Source: Candidatus Nitrosopumilus koreensis AR1 (lineage in GTDB: Archaea > Thermoproteota > Nitrososphaeria > Nitrososphaerales > Nitrosopumilaceae). From it: a stretch of 32,000 nt of DNA. Each line of letters starts with the position of its first letter. Within the stretch, counting starts at the first letter, position 1. Where the stretch lies: NCBI RefSeq assembly GCF_000299365.1, contig NC_018655.1, positions 1,530,001-1,562,000 of the forward strand, read 5' to 3'. A program made the position numbers and the translations under genes. The notes beneath the pieces were generated by a model. It worked only from the letters and a program-made list of their open reading frames with translations. It made no database searches and had not been told where the DNA came from. Positions 1 to 9,528 of the stretch are shown piece after piece.

Positions 1-286
1 TCTTTATTTTCTTTACAAGTGAAGATACAAGACCAATTCCACGTTCTGCAGGAACAACATCACAGTCTTCAGATTCATCTTTGGCTCTTCCTACTTCAAG
101 TTCTGGGGCAATTATAGTAGTTTTCCCATTTTTTTCTAGCAAACCTATTGCTTCACCCCAAAATCCAGTCATGTAAAAGAGGTTTTCAGGCTCAAAAGTG
201 ACCAAAGTATCACAACTGATCTTTTGAGCATGTTTTAGTAGATTTTTTCTGCGTTGCTTCACACACAAAAAACACTCGTTTCTCAA
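1..286 (-). CDS. Xaa-Pro aminopeptidase / M24 family peptidase, N-terminal part (truncated by window edge)
   Basis: Minus-strand open frame, not in ORF track because it runs off the edge. Translation starts (TTG) MRNECFLCVKQRRKNLLKHAQKISCDTLVTFEPENLFYMTGFWGEAIGLLEKNGKTTIIAPELEVGRA, resembling the creatinase/prolidase N-terminal domain. Confidence 0.65.
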   Translation of the reverse strand, partial: MRNECFLCVKQRRKNLLKHAQKISCDTLVTFEPENLFYMTGFWGEAIGLLEKNGKTTIIAPELEVGRAKDESEDCDVVPAERGIGLVSSLVKKIK

Positions 287-334
287 TTTATGTATGATGC
301 AAAGTTTGTATATGGAAATTCCTCCTAGATCGCT

Positions 335-1348
335 GTGACTGAAGAAAAAGAGAAGAAAAAAGTGGTTGCATTACTGTCAGGCGGTTTAGACAGTCAACTT
401 GCAGTTAGAATGATGCAAGAACAAGGATTTGATGTTTCAGCAGTTGCAATAAAAACTCCATTTTGTGATTTTGATTGCGGAAGAGGTTGTGGATTTGAGA
501 TTAGAGAAAGAGCTGATGATCTTAATGTAAATTTGAAAACAGTATATCTTGGTGATGAATATATCGAGATGTTAAAGAATCCAAAACATGGAATTGGTGC
601 TGGATTCAATCCATGTATTGATTGTAGAGCTATGATGTTTGATGCTGCAAAAAAACACATGGAAGAAATTGGTGCAGAATTTATTGTATCAGGAGAAGTG
701 TTAGGTCAACGTCCAATGAGTCAACATGGACCTGCATTAAGAACTATTGAAAAAGAATCAGATCTTGTAGGAAAAATTGTGAGACCATTATCTGCTGGAT
801 TATTACCAGAAACAATTCCTGAAAAAGAAGGTTTGATCAAAAGAGAAAATCTGGGAATGATAAGAGGTAGAACAAGAAGAAACCAATTAGACATGGCAAA
901 AAAATATGGAATTGAGAATCCTCCTAATGCCGGGGGAGGATGTTTGTTAACAGAACCACAATTTGGAATTAAAGCTAAAGATCTTTTCAGTCATGTTGAA
1001 ACACCAACAATTAATGATATTGATTTGTTAAAAATTGGAAGACATTTTAGATTAGATGAAGAAACAAAATTAGTAGTTGGAAGAAATAAAGATGAAAACG
1101 AAATGATCAAAGCAATCGCATTACCAAATGATATTTTACTTGAGGTAAAGGATCATGTTGGACCAACTTCAATTCTACGAGGCAATAATGCAAAAAATCA
1201 TACAGAATTTGCATCATCAGTTACACTAAGATATTCAGATGCTCCAAAAGATCAATCAGAGATTGTTTTAGTAAAAAGAGGAGATGTTAGTGAAGAAATT
1301 AGTGCAAAGAGCATAGAAGAAGAAGCTTACATTAAATTTAGAATTTAG
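335..1348 (+). CDS. PP-loop tRNA sulfurtransferase-like protein (ThiI/MnmA-related), GTG start
   Basis: N-terminal ALLSGGLDSQLAV PP-loop, CDFDCGRGCGF and PCIDCR cysteine motifs, NAGGGCLLT motif. Confidence 0.75.
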   Translation: MTEEKEKKKVVALLSGGLDSQLAVRMMQEQGFDVSAVAIKTPFCDFDCGRGCGFEIRERADDLNVNLKTVYLGDEYIEMLKNPKHGIGAGFNPCIDCRAMMFDAAKKHMEEIGAEFIVSGEVLGQRPMSQHGPALRTIEKESDLVGKIVRPLSAGLLPETIPEKEGLIKRENLGMIRGRTRRNQLDMAKKYGIENPPNAGGGCLLTEPQFGIKAKDLFSHVETPTINDIDLLKIGRHFRLDEETKLVVGRNKDENEMIKAIALPNDILLEVKDHVGPTSILRGNNAKNHTEFASSVTLRYSDAPKDQSEIVLVKRGDVSEEISAKSIEEEAYIKFRI

Positions 1349-1421
1349 GCGTAAATTTCTAAAAAAATTAGTCAAAACTAAGGAAGAGTTTTTGAGGGAG
1401 TAGATCGCATTTTTAATTAGA

Positions 1422-1700
1422 ATGCAAAAACAAGAAAATACGACATTTCTAAAGGCCATAACCATTAGAGATATCAGCGATGTTCATTCGATTCAGGAAG
1501 ATATCAAAAAAGATATGATTTTGATTCTTAGGGTGACACCTCTAGCTCAAAAAGATGTAGATCAGCTTAGAAAAGTTGTTGAAGAATTGTATTCTATTGC
1601 AAAAAGTGCTGGTGCAGATATTGCAAGGTTAGGTGAAGAAAGAATTATTGTTGCTCCATCTAACATAAAGATCTGGAAGCCAGAATATGATCTAAAATAA
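1422..1700 (+). CDS. sepF: SepF-like cell division protein (DUF552 family)
   Basis: Short protein with DMILILRVTPLAQKDVDQLRKVVEELYSIAKSAGADIARLGEERIIVAPSNIKIW, matching the archaeal SepF core. Confidence 0.8.
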   Translation: MQKQENTTFLKAITIRDISDVHSIQEDIKKDMILILRVTPLAQKDVDQLRKVVEELYSIAKSAGADIARLGEERIIVAPSNIKIWKPEYDLK

Positions 1701-3650
1701 TTTTATTGCTTCTTGAATTTGAGGATAATGAGCTGGAACTCTATGCATTCTTCTAATATTCATAGCAAGGTTTTCGGATTTCTTTCTTTCACCGTGATTA
1801 ACTAAAACTCTTCGGAGTTTTGGTCTGAGTCTTTGTACAAATGACATTAATTGATTATAATCACTATGCCCACTAAATCCATCCAATTTCTCTACACCAC
1901 AATTGATAGTTACAACTTCTACTTTACCTTCTTTTCCTAACATTGTTGCTTGTTTTGATCCATCAAGCACTCTTCTTCCCAAAGTTCCATTCACCTGATA
2001 AGAAACAAACAGTACTTTGCTCTTTTTATCAGGAGCAATATTTTTGAAGTATTCTAACACAGGTCCACCCTCTAACATTCCGGACGTTGCTAAAATTATA
2101 CATGGAGAATTTTCTCTCATAGGTTCTTCTCTAGCATCAGCATGCTCAATATTCGTAAAATATTCAGAATCAAATGGATTATCATCAGTTTCTAGAATCT
2201 TTTGTTTGAGTTCACGTGCAAGATATTCAGGATAGGATTCATGGATTGCAGATGCCTCTGAAATCATTCCTTCAGTGAACACTGGTGCCTCAATCATTTC
2301 TCCAGATTTCATATAATGATCAATAACCATCATGATTTCTTGTGCACGACCAACTGCTGGAATAGGAATGAGAACTTTGCCACCATCAGCTAGAGTATTG
2401 TTTACTGCATTAATGAATGCAGATTCAACTTCTTGTCTACTAGGCTGTATGTCTTCTTTAAGACCATATGTACTTTCTATGAGTAGAGTTTCAACTCTTG
2501 GAAAATTCCAACTAGCAGCTTCAAATAAAATACTTTTTCCAAATTTGATATCACCAGAATAAACAAAATTGTGATCACCATTTCCAATATGAAAGTGACA
2601 TAATGCAGAACCTAGAATATGACCTGCATTTGCAAGAACTAGTTTAATGTCAGGAGAAATATCAGTTACGGTTCCATATGGTAAAGTGATTGTTTGTCTC
2701 ATAATTTGTTTTACATCACGTTCAGAATAGATTGGGGTTCTTCCTTGAGCAGCAGCAACTTTGATTGCATCTAATTGAATTAGATTCATCATAGGTAGTG
2801 TTGGTTCTGTACAATAGATTGGTCCTTTGTATCCATATTTACATAATGTAGGTAAAAATCCAGTATGATCCAAATGGGCATGACCAATAACGACTGCATC
2901 AAGATCATCTAATGTTATATTCAAAGAATCTAATCTAGGAAATGCATCCATTGGAGAACGTGCTCCAGGGTTTATTCCACAATCAATTAGTATCTTACTT
3001 TCAGGTGTAGACAATAATAATGATGAACGTCCAACTTGACCAAACCCACCAAGAGTAAAAAGTGAAACTTCTGTTCTTTGTGTTAGTCTAGGTCTAAAAA
3101 TTTCATCGCCAACTTGTTTTAGTTGCTTACTTCTTTCAGCAGAAGCCTGTTTAAGAGTTGCATTAATTGTTTGAATAGTACGAGAGGGAACAGTTGTAGC
3201 CTTTCTTACACGTATTTTCCAGCCTGTTTTTTCAGTCACTTCAGCATGATTGAATTCTTTTGCATTTCTTTGCAGCAACCAGGGTCGTTTTGCTTCAATT
3301 GAAACTTCTCCAGTTGCAGTATCAAACAAAGTGGCTTGCAATTTTGCATCATCAGGAACTAAACTTGCAATAATTTTTCGTGCTTCATCTTCAGGTTTTC
3401 TAATTGATTCATCAGTTCTAACAACAATTCGTTTTTTAATAACACTAACAAGATTTGAAATTGTTTGATTATTTTCCATTAGATAACGTGGAGAATTTGT
3501 GTAAAGTGCAATTCGCGGTCCTTCGTATTCAATTTTTGTAACATTTGCTTCTTTGGGTATACTTTGCAGTATGGTGGCCATTATATTCTGGCTGCTAGGA
3601 GGTAATTCTTTTTGTTGTTGTTTTCTTTGCATTAAATCACTAAAGCTCAA
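1692..3650 (-). CDS. Archaeal CPSF/aCPSF1 beta-CASP ribonuclease with N-terminal KH domains (transcription termination factor family)
   Basis: 652 aa; GHAHLDHTG, ESTYG, PAVGRAQE, SGMLEGGP, NCGVEKLDGFSGHSD and VNHGE motifs of metallo-beta-lactamase/beta-CASP nucleases. Confidence 0.93.
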   Translation of the reverse strand: MSFSDLMQRKQQQKELPPSSQNIMATILQSIPKEANVTKIEYEGPRIALYTNSPRYLMENNQTISNLVSVIKKRIVVRTDESIRKPEDEARKIIASLVPDDAKLQATLFDTATGEVSIEAKRPWLLQRNAKEFNHAEVTEKTGWKIRVRKATTVPSRTIQTINATLKQASAERSKQLKQVGDEIFRPRLTQRTEVSLFTLGGFGQVGRSSLLLSTPESKILIDCGINPGARSPMDAFPRLDSLNITLDDLDAVVIGHAHLDHTGFLPTLCKYGYKGPIYCTEPTLPMMNLIQLDAIKVAAAQGRTPIYSERDVKQIMRQTITLPYGTVTDISPDIKLVLANAGHILGSALCHFHIGNGDHNFVYSGDIKFGKSILFEAASWNFPRVETLLIESTYGLKEDIQPSRQEVESAFINAVNNTLADGGKVLIPIPAVGRAQEIMMVIDHYMKSGEMIEAPVFTEGMISEASAIHESYPEYLARELKQKILETDDNPFDSEYFTNIEHADAREEPMRENSPCIILATSGMLEGGPVLEYFKNIAPDKKSKVLFVSYQVNGTLGRRVLDGSKQATMLGKEGKVEVVTINCGVEKLDGFSGHSDYNQLMSFVQRLRPKLRRVLVNHGERKKSENLAMNIRRMHRVPAHYPQIQEAIKLF

Positions 3651-4281
3651 TGACTGCTTTCTTTTGTTCTTCAGTCAAAAGACGGAATCCATCTTTATCC
3701 ATTACTGCGATGTTAATTCCATCGCCGGTACCAATGTTTCTAACTATTGCGGCTTTTACAGCTCTTAAAGCAATTTTTTTTGCTTCTTCAACTGTAAGAT
3801 CTTCTTTATACTCTTCTTCAAGTAAACCATAAGCTACAGGTGAACCACTACCAGTTGTAACGTATGATTTTTTTTCAACTGAACCAAACATATCTATGTT
3901 AAACAGTGCAGGGCCTTCTGTATCATAACCACCAACCAAAATATCAGCCATGAATGGGTAGCCTCTATTTTGATGGAAGATCAATGAACAAAGTCTTGCA
4001 AGTGAATGAATTGAAATTGGTCCATGTTTTTCAACCCTATGAAGATTAGAATGATAACGTAAAATATCAACAATGTTTTGAGCATCAGCAACACCACCTG
4101 CAAGTGTTAGTCCTGCATGATCATCAATTTTTTGAATTTTCATGGTGTTGTTGTTTGCAATGAAATATCCAGCACTGGCCCTCATATCTGCACATAAAAC
4201 TACACCATCCTTTGCCTTGATACCTACAGTGGTAGTCCCGTGCAGAATTTTTTCTTCGACATTATTTGACAAAAAATACAC
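3640..4281 (-). CDS. psmB: Proteasome subunit beta
   Basis: HGTTTVGIKAKDGVVLCADMRAS with processing site before TTT, and VTTGSGSPVAYGLLE. Confidence 0.93.
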   Translation of the reverse strand: MYFLSNNVEEKILHGTTTVGIKAKDGVVLCADMRASAGYFIANNNTMKIQKIDDHAGLTLAGGVADAQNIVDILRYHSNLHRVEKHGPISIHSLARLCSLIFHQNRGYPFMADILVGGYDTEGPALFNIDMFGSVEKKSYVTTGSGSPVAYGLLEEEYKEDLTVEEAKKIALRAVKAAIVRNIGTGDGINIAVMDKDGFRLLTEEQKKAVIEL

Positions 4282-4349
4282 CTATTAAGATAAAGTAAAT
4301 GGCATTTCACCCTTTTAAATAACTTTTTGATCTCTGGAAATCATAAATA

Positions 4350-5413
4350 ATGACAAAAAATCAAGATCGCATGAAATCCCATACAATGGAGTTACCTAGG
4401 CAGATTGTTGTAGGTGAAAAGAACATAAATGAATTTGGAGAATTTTTGCACAATTTAACAAAACCAAAAAAAATTTCTCTAATTTCAGGAATTCATGTTA
4501 AAAAAGTTCTCAGACAAAGAATTGAAAAATCATTAAAAATAAAAAAATCAAATTTGTATGGCATACATCAAAAGATAATCAAATTAGTACTCTAAATAGA
4601 ATTCAAAAAGATGTAAAGAAAGATCAAAGTGACATTATTGCAGGTATTGGTGGTGGACGATCTGTCGATACTGCAAAATTAATTTCTTTTAATTTAGATA
4701 TTCCATTTGTTAGTGTACCAACTGCGGCATCACACGATGGGGTATCAAGCCCATTTGTTTCAGTTAAAAGTGACAAACCACACTCTATTGTTGCATCTGC
4801 ACCATTAGGAGTTTTTGTAGATATAGACATTATCAAAAAAGCACCATCAAGATTGCTTGCTAGTGGTTGTGGAGATTTGGTAGCAAATATCATTGCGGTC
4901 AAAGATTGGCAATTAGGTCATCAAAGAACTGGAGAATATTATGGGACTTATTCAGCAGAATTAGCTATGATGAGTGCCATGATGGTATTAGATAATTCAG
5001 GGAAATATGCAAAAAATGGATTAGATGCAAGAGTAATTGTTGAAGCTTTGATTAGTGCGGGAGTAGCTTCGTGTATTGCAGGGAGTAGTAGACCATGTTC
5101 TGGTGCTGAGCATCTTTTTTCACATGCTTTGGATAAAATTGCACCAGGAAAGGGATTACATGGAGAAAAATGTGGAATAGGTTCTATCATGATGGCAAAA
5201 CTTCAGGGACAAGATTGGAAAAAAATCATAAGAACATTGAAAAATGTTGGAGCACCAACCACAGCAAAACAAATTGGTTTAACTGAAGATCAGATAATTG
5301 ATGCTTTAGTTATTGCACAAGATTTGAGACCTGAAAGATATACAATTCTAAAAGAGATAGAGATGACAGAAAGAAAGGCAAAAAGTCTTGCAAAGAGTAC
5401 TAAAGTGATTTAA
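4350..5413 (+). CDS. egsA: sn-glycerol-1-phosphate dehydrogenase, apparently frameshifted at A7 tract 4541-4547
   Basis: ORF 4350-4595 gives MELPRQIVVGEKNINEF...; after 4547 the -1 frame is open to 5413 and reads IKFVWHTSKDNQISTLNRIQKDVKKDQSDIIAGIGGGRSVDTAKLISFNLDIPFVSVPTAASHDGVSSPFVSVKS...SGCGDLVANIIAVKDW, a contiguous G1PDH. Confidence 0.88.
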
Positions 5414-5414
5414 T

Positions 5415-6161
5415 TTAAGCAGCCTTTTGTTCAGGTGCTTTTTCTTTTGTCTCAGGTTTCTTTTCCTGAGTTTGTTTGTTGATATGAGTTTCAACAAAGT
5501 TTACTTTTTCTAAAGTAGGAACAAATTTGAAAATATCTAATTGGATAAAATGTTTCATAATTTGTAAACCATCTGCACGAAGAATTTCTTCTGGAATGGT
5601 AATACTAACTTCTTTATCTTTTAAGTCAAATGAGATTTTTGAATCTTCTACTGGGAGTCTATTTTTTAAAATTCCATCGACTTTATCAGTTGGAGAATCA
5701 AGGGATTTGATAACGTTTACATCAAAAAGAATTGTTTTTCCTGCATATCTATGATTATAATCAATTTGAACTCTTCCTGAGCCAATAAAACGAATGATTC
5801 CTCGTTTATTATCAACTTCAATTGTATCACCAACTGAAACTTTCTCTGCATCTTCACCTAGTTTCCTAATTGGAATCATTCTGACTTTACCAGAATCTCT
5901 TTCTCCAAACCCTTTGTCAGGTGTAACTTCAACTGTAAGTTTGTCACCAACAGCTGTTTTTGCAAGTGCTTCATCAAGTCCTTTAAGAACTGGATATGAA
6001 ACTTCGCCAATTGAAACTAGTTTTGGTTGATATTTGACATTTTGTTCATGAATAGAAAATTTTTTTGCGTCCTCTTCAATTGTTGTGTCAAATACTTCTT
6101 CACTATCTTTGACCTTTGCTGTATAATCAACTAAGATTAGTGAACCTTTATCGAAAGTCAA
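5415..6161 (-). CDS. FKBP-type peptidyl-prolyl cis-trans isomerase, SlyD-like
   Basis: GSLILVDYTAKVKDSEEVFDTT, VLKGLDEAL and VDYNHRYAGKTILFDVNV (insert-in-flap FKBP pattern), charged C-terminus. Confidence 0.88.
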   Translation of the reverse strand: MTFDKGSLILVDYTAKVKDSEEVFDTTIEEDAKKFSIHEQNVKYQPKLVSIGEVSYPVLKGLDEALAKTAVGDKLTVEVTPDKGFGERDSGKVRMIPIRKLGEDAEKVSVGDTIEVDNKRGIIRFIGSGRVQIDYNHRYAGKTILFDVNVIKSLDSPTDKVDGILKNRLPVEDSKISFDLKDKEVSITIPEEILRADGLQIMKHFIQLDIFKFVPTLEKVNFVETHINKQTQEKKPETKEKAPEQKAA

Positions 6162-6203
6162 TGTGATCGGTCTCGAATTTCCTTATATTAAGTTAACAGA
6201 GAT

Positions 6204-7349
6204 TTAGAGAGACTTTAGTTTTTCTTCAGCAGTTTTTAGTCCTGCTTGAGAGTCTACTTCATATCCCATCATTGCTAATGTTGATGAAATTGCAGAGATT
6301 GTTCTCATTACATGATATGGACTAACTTCACCCATACATCCAACTCTGAATACTTTACCTTTAAGATTTCCAAATCCTCCTGCAACAAGAACTTTGAATT
6401 TGTTTGCAAGTGTATTTCTAAATGTCTTGTCTTCAAGACCATCTAGATAGTTTAAGGCAACAATAGAAATGGAACGATCTTCTTCCTTGGCAAATGGAGA
6501 CAATCCCATAGCACTAAGTCCAGAGTATAAGGCATCTGAACAAACTTTGTGTCTATTGAATACATTCTGCAGTCCTTCTTCAAGTAAAATTGCTAATGCT
6601 TCTCTATATGCATATAGTAAAGGTAAGGCTGGTGTGAAAGGAGTATGTTTTTCTTCATCATAATATTTGAAGTATCTTGCTAAATTGAAATACATTGTAG
6701 CCGGAGGATTTTCTTGCATGTATTTTTTAGCTTTAGGGCTAACTGAAATTGGAGAAATTCCTGGAGGTGCAGCAATTGCTTTTTGTGCTCCAGTCATACA
6801 TACATCAATATTCCATTTATCAACTGGAAGTGGTGCTCCACCTAAAAGAGATACAGAATCTACTACATAGAATGCATCATTTCTAGAAGTTAAGTCAGAT
6901 ACTTTATCAAGATAATTGACCATTGTTCCTGTTGATGTTTCGTTATGAACAACATAGAATGCTTTAACATCTTTGTTATTGTCAAATGCTTCTTTGACTT
7001 GATCAAATGTTGCATTTTGTCCAGGGGGGGTTTCAAGTTTTACAACATTAGCTCCTTGGCCTTCAATTAATTGAGATAATCTATTACTAAATTCACCATT
7101 AACTGGAATGATTACTTTGTCACCCTTCTTAACAAGATTAACAACGCCTGCTTCAACAGCACCAGTTCCAGATGCAGATAATGCTACAATATCGTTTTTA
7201 GTTTCAAAAACTTGTTGAGTTTTATCAACTACGTCTGTGTATAATTCAACAAAATCATCGCTTCTATGATTGATGATTGGTGCCAACATTGCTCTCATAA
7301 CTCGATTAGGTACATTTGTTGGTCCAGGAAGCATTGAGAGATATTCCAT
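6204..7349 (-). CDS. Class V aminotransferase (alanine/serine-glyoxylate/pyruvate aminotransferase-like)
   Basis: MLPGPTNVPNRVMRAM...HRSDDF; ALSASGTGAVEA; DSVSLLGGAPLPVDKWNIDVCMTGAQKAIAAPPG with PLP lysine. Confidence 0.88.
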   Translation of the reverse strand: MEYLSMLPGPTNVPNRVMRAMLAPIINHRSDDFVELYTDVVDKTQQVFETKNDIVALSASGTGAVEAGVVNLVKKGDKVIIPVNGEFSNRLSQLIEGQGANVVKLETPPGQNATFDQVKEAFDNNKDVKAFYVVHNETSTGTMVNYLDKVSDLTSRNDAFYVVDSVSLLGGAPLPVDKWNIDVCMTGAQKAIAAPPGISPISVSPKAKKYMQENPPATMYFNLARYFKYYDEEKHTPFTPALPLLYAYREALAILLEEGLQNVFNRHKVCSDALYSGLSAMGLSPFAKEEDRSISIVALNYLDGLEDKTFRNTLANKFKVLVAGGFGNLKGKVFRVGCMGEVSPYHVMRTISAISSTLAMMGYEVDSQAGLKTAEEKLKSL

Positions 7350-7390
7350 ACGTTATCTACCAGTCAGTACTATACGGGGTTTATTTATAA

Positions 7391-7885
7391 TTAGAGATTT
7401 TTTAGACGTTCTTTGGCATTATTGTTTATCAAAAAAATTTCTGTGCCTTTGGGTACTAGAGAATTCCAATTCTGATCGCTAATAATCAAATCTCGAACAT
7501 TTGTTCCAGACAGTTCGTTTCTTTTCAAAAAGGGAATTGGAATAACTTGAATATCTCGTTTTGAGTACAGATGATTTGTCAATTCATCATTGGAAAAAAC
7601 TATATCAAATTCTGGAACTATAGTATCAATTTTTTCAATCCATTTTACATGATTATCTAAATCAGGGATAAAATAGATTGAAATTTTTTTTTTCATGGAA
7701 TCATCTATTGATGACAGAATCATTTCCTTTCGTTCTTCTGCTGAAAAAGGATTATTTTTTTCAGGGGGTTTGTTAGAACTCCCCAAACCTACCCACAACT
7801 TATCTACTTTTGATAGAGCAAAGCGTAGCGCTTCAAGATGACCTAAGTGAAAAGGTTGGAATCTTCCTATCAATAGACCATTCAT
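7391..7885 (-). CDS. nadM: Nicotinamide-nucleotide adenylyltransferase
   Basis: GRFQPFHLGHLEA nucleotidyltransferase motif, GSSNKPPEKNNPFSAEER, ELSGTNVRDLI. Confidence 0.92.
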   Translation of the reverse strand: MNGLLIGRFQPFHLGHLEALRFALSKVDKLWVGLGSSNKPPEKNNPFSAEERKEMILSSIDDSMKKKISIYFIPDLDNHVKWIEKIDTIVPEFDIVFSNDELTNHLYSKRDIQVIPIPFLKRNELSGTNVRDLIISDQNWNSLVPKGTEIFLINNNAKERLKNL

Positions 7886-7947
7886 ACAAAGATATAGAAA
7901 ATTTCTTTTTAAAAAACTATCATAAAGAGTACCAAGAAGACAAACTT

Positions 7948-8970
7948 GTGGATTTTATAAAAATCAATGGAGAGTTTGGGGAAGGTGGAGGTCAAATTAT
8001 TAGATCTGCAATTACTCTTTCATGCATTACAAAACAACCAATCCATATTGAAAACATTAGAAAGAAGAGAAAAGTTCCTGGGTTAAAACCACAACATCTT
8101 ACTGCAATTAAAATTTTAAAAAAAATTTCAAATTCCAAAGTTATTGGTGATGAGATTGGCTCTACTGAATTAAAATTTATTCCAGGACAAATTGAAAATT
8201 CAAAGTTATTTGAAGACGTAGGAACTGCAGGAAGTATATCGTTAATTTTACAAGTTTTAATTCCTGTAGTAGCAATCTCACAAAAAAAACTTGAACTTAC
8301 TATCAAAGGAGGCACAGATGTACAATGGAGTCCTACAATTGACTATACACACCATGTTCTAAAAGAAGCATATTCAAGAATGGGAATTCAATTTTCATTT
8401 GAATTAAAAAAAAGAGGGTATTATCCAAAAGGAAATGGTGAAATTGATTTGAAGATTAATCCATCAATAATAAGAGCTATTTCATTTTCAAAAAGAAAGA
8501 CAACTCAAGCAAAAATTGTTTCTACCTTATCAAAAATATCATTTAAAAAAATTGAAAGCGAGATTATGAAGATTAAAGAAAAATTAACTAAAGAAGATTT
8601 TCTTGTTGAAGTAGAAATTAAAGAACAAGAGGCTCTAGATTCTGGTGCATCTTTACTAATTTACAGTATTGATGAGAATTCAATCATAGGAATTGATGCG
8701 TTATATGACAAAAAAACTCAGAGGTTTAAACTAGATTACAATAAATTTTTAGATGATCAATCAGTAGATGGAAATCTTGCAGATATGCTTGTAGTTCCCG
8801 CAAGTCTAGCTGAAGGAAAAACTACATTTGAAGTAAAAGAGATCACAAAACATTTAGAAACTAACTTGTTTGTAACATCAAAAATTACAGGTTGTAAATA
8901 CGGAATAGGAAGATTATCTAATGGTTTTGAAGTAATTATTGAAGGTATATCATACCCCAGCATCAAGTAA
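7948..8970 (+). CDS. rtcA: RNA 3'-terminal phosphate cyclase; likely GTG start at 7948 rather than 7810
   Basis: INGEFGEGGGQIIRSAITLSCIT; RKKRKVPGLKPQHLTA; KGGTDVQWSPTIDYTHHV; SGASLLIY. The upstream part of the 7810 ORF overlaps nadM and lacks family similarity. Confidence 0.9.
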   Translation: MDFIKINGEFGEGGGQIIRSAITLSCITKQPIHIENIRKKRKVPGLKPQHLTAIKILKKISNSKVIGDEIGSTELKFIPGQIENSKLFEDVGTAGSISLILQVLIPVVAISQKKLELTIKGGTDVQWSPTIDYTHHVLKEAYSRMGIQFSFELKKRGYYPKGNGEIDLKINPSIIRAISFSKRKTTQAKIVSTLSKISFKKIESEIMKIKEKLTKEDFLVEVEIKEQEALDSGASLLIYSIDENSIIGIDALYDKKTQRFKLDYNKFLDDQSVDGNLADMLVVPASLAEGKTTFEVKEITKHLETNLFVTSKITGCKYGIGRLSNGFEVIIEGISYPSIK

Positions 8971-9447
8971 GGCCGCAAAAAACAGTATTGCAACTGATAA
9001 AACTACAGTAATTTCTCCAAGAATGATAATTTTTTTTCTTAATTTTTGAATTTGTGGTTCAGGCATTTGATTGGACATTATTTTTTCTTCAACATCTTTT
9101 CTAATTACTCTAACATGTACTGCATATGTAATAATTAATGCAATTACAAGAAGTATTTTGATTATAAGATAAGTACCATAACTTGTTGCAACAAGAAGAT
9201 CGGGTTTGCTTAATAACATATGTGAACTATACAATCCAGTTGCCATCAAAATAATCAATGAGGGAACAGCTATTTTGTTAAATCGTCTTCCAACACGAAT
9301 CATGATTTGCATTCTTTCTTCAAGTGAATTTGTCATGGTTTTAAGAAGTGGAGAAAAAACTATTCCGATAAATAATGAACCGCCCACCCAAATTGCAGCT
9401 GCAACAAGATGAATCCAAGTTAAGATTGCTTGTTCAATTGCTGCCAT
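8950..9447 (-). CDS. Multi-pass membrane protein, CopD-like
   Basis: WIHLVAAAIWVGGSLFIGIVFSPLL and about four hydrophobic helices. Confidence 0.6.
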   Translation of the reverse strand: MAAIEQAILTWIHLVAAAIWVGGSLFIGIVFSPLLKTMTNSLEERMQIMIRVGRRFNKIAVPSLIILMATGLYSSHMLLSKPDLLVATSYGTYLIIKILLVIALIITYAVHVRVIRKDVEEKIMSNQMPEPQIQKLRKKIIILGEITVVLSVAILFFAALLDAGV

Positions 9448-9528
9448 GGTTAATCATAATTGTAATGAAATATTATGTATTTGGATCTTGACAACCTTTT
9501 TTAGTTGTACATAATGTGATACATTGAA

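Noticed and set aside
2017-3768. Plus-strand ORFs 2017-2235, 2332-2562, 3250-3468 and 3553-3768
   Set aside because: All antisense to aCPSF1 and the psmB start, with no recognisable domains; shadow ORFs.
4624-4902. Minus-strand ORF antisense to the G1PDH gene
   Set aside because: The plus strand here encodes conserved G1PDH residues (GIGGGRSVDTAKL, SVPTAASHDG); the antisense ORF is a shadow.
7810-7947. N-terminal extension of the rtcA ORF (start at 7810)
   Set aside because: Overlaps the divergent nadM CDS; family similarity begins at INGEFGEGG just after the in-frame GTG 7948, and a TATA-like tttttaaaaa lies between the genes.
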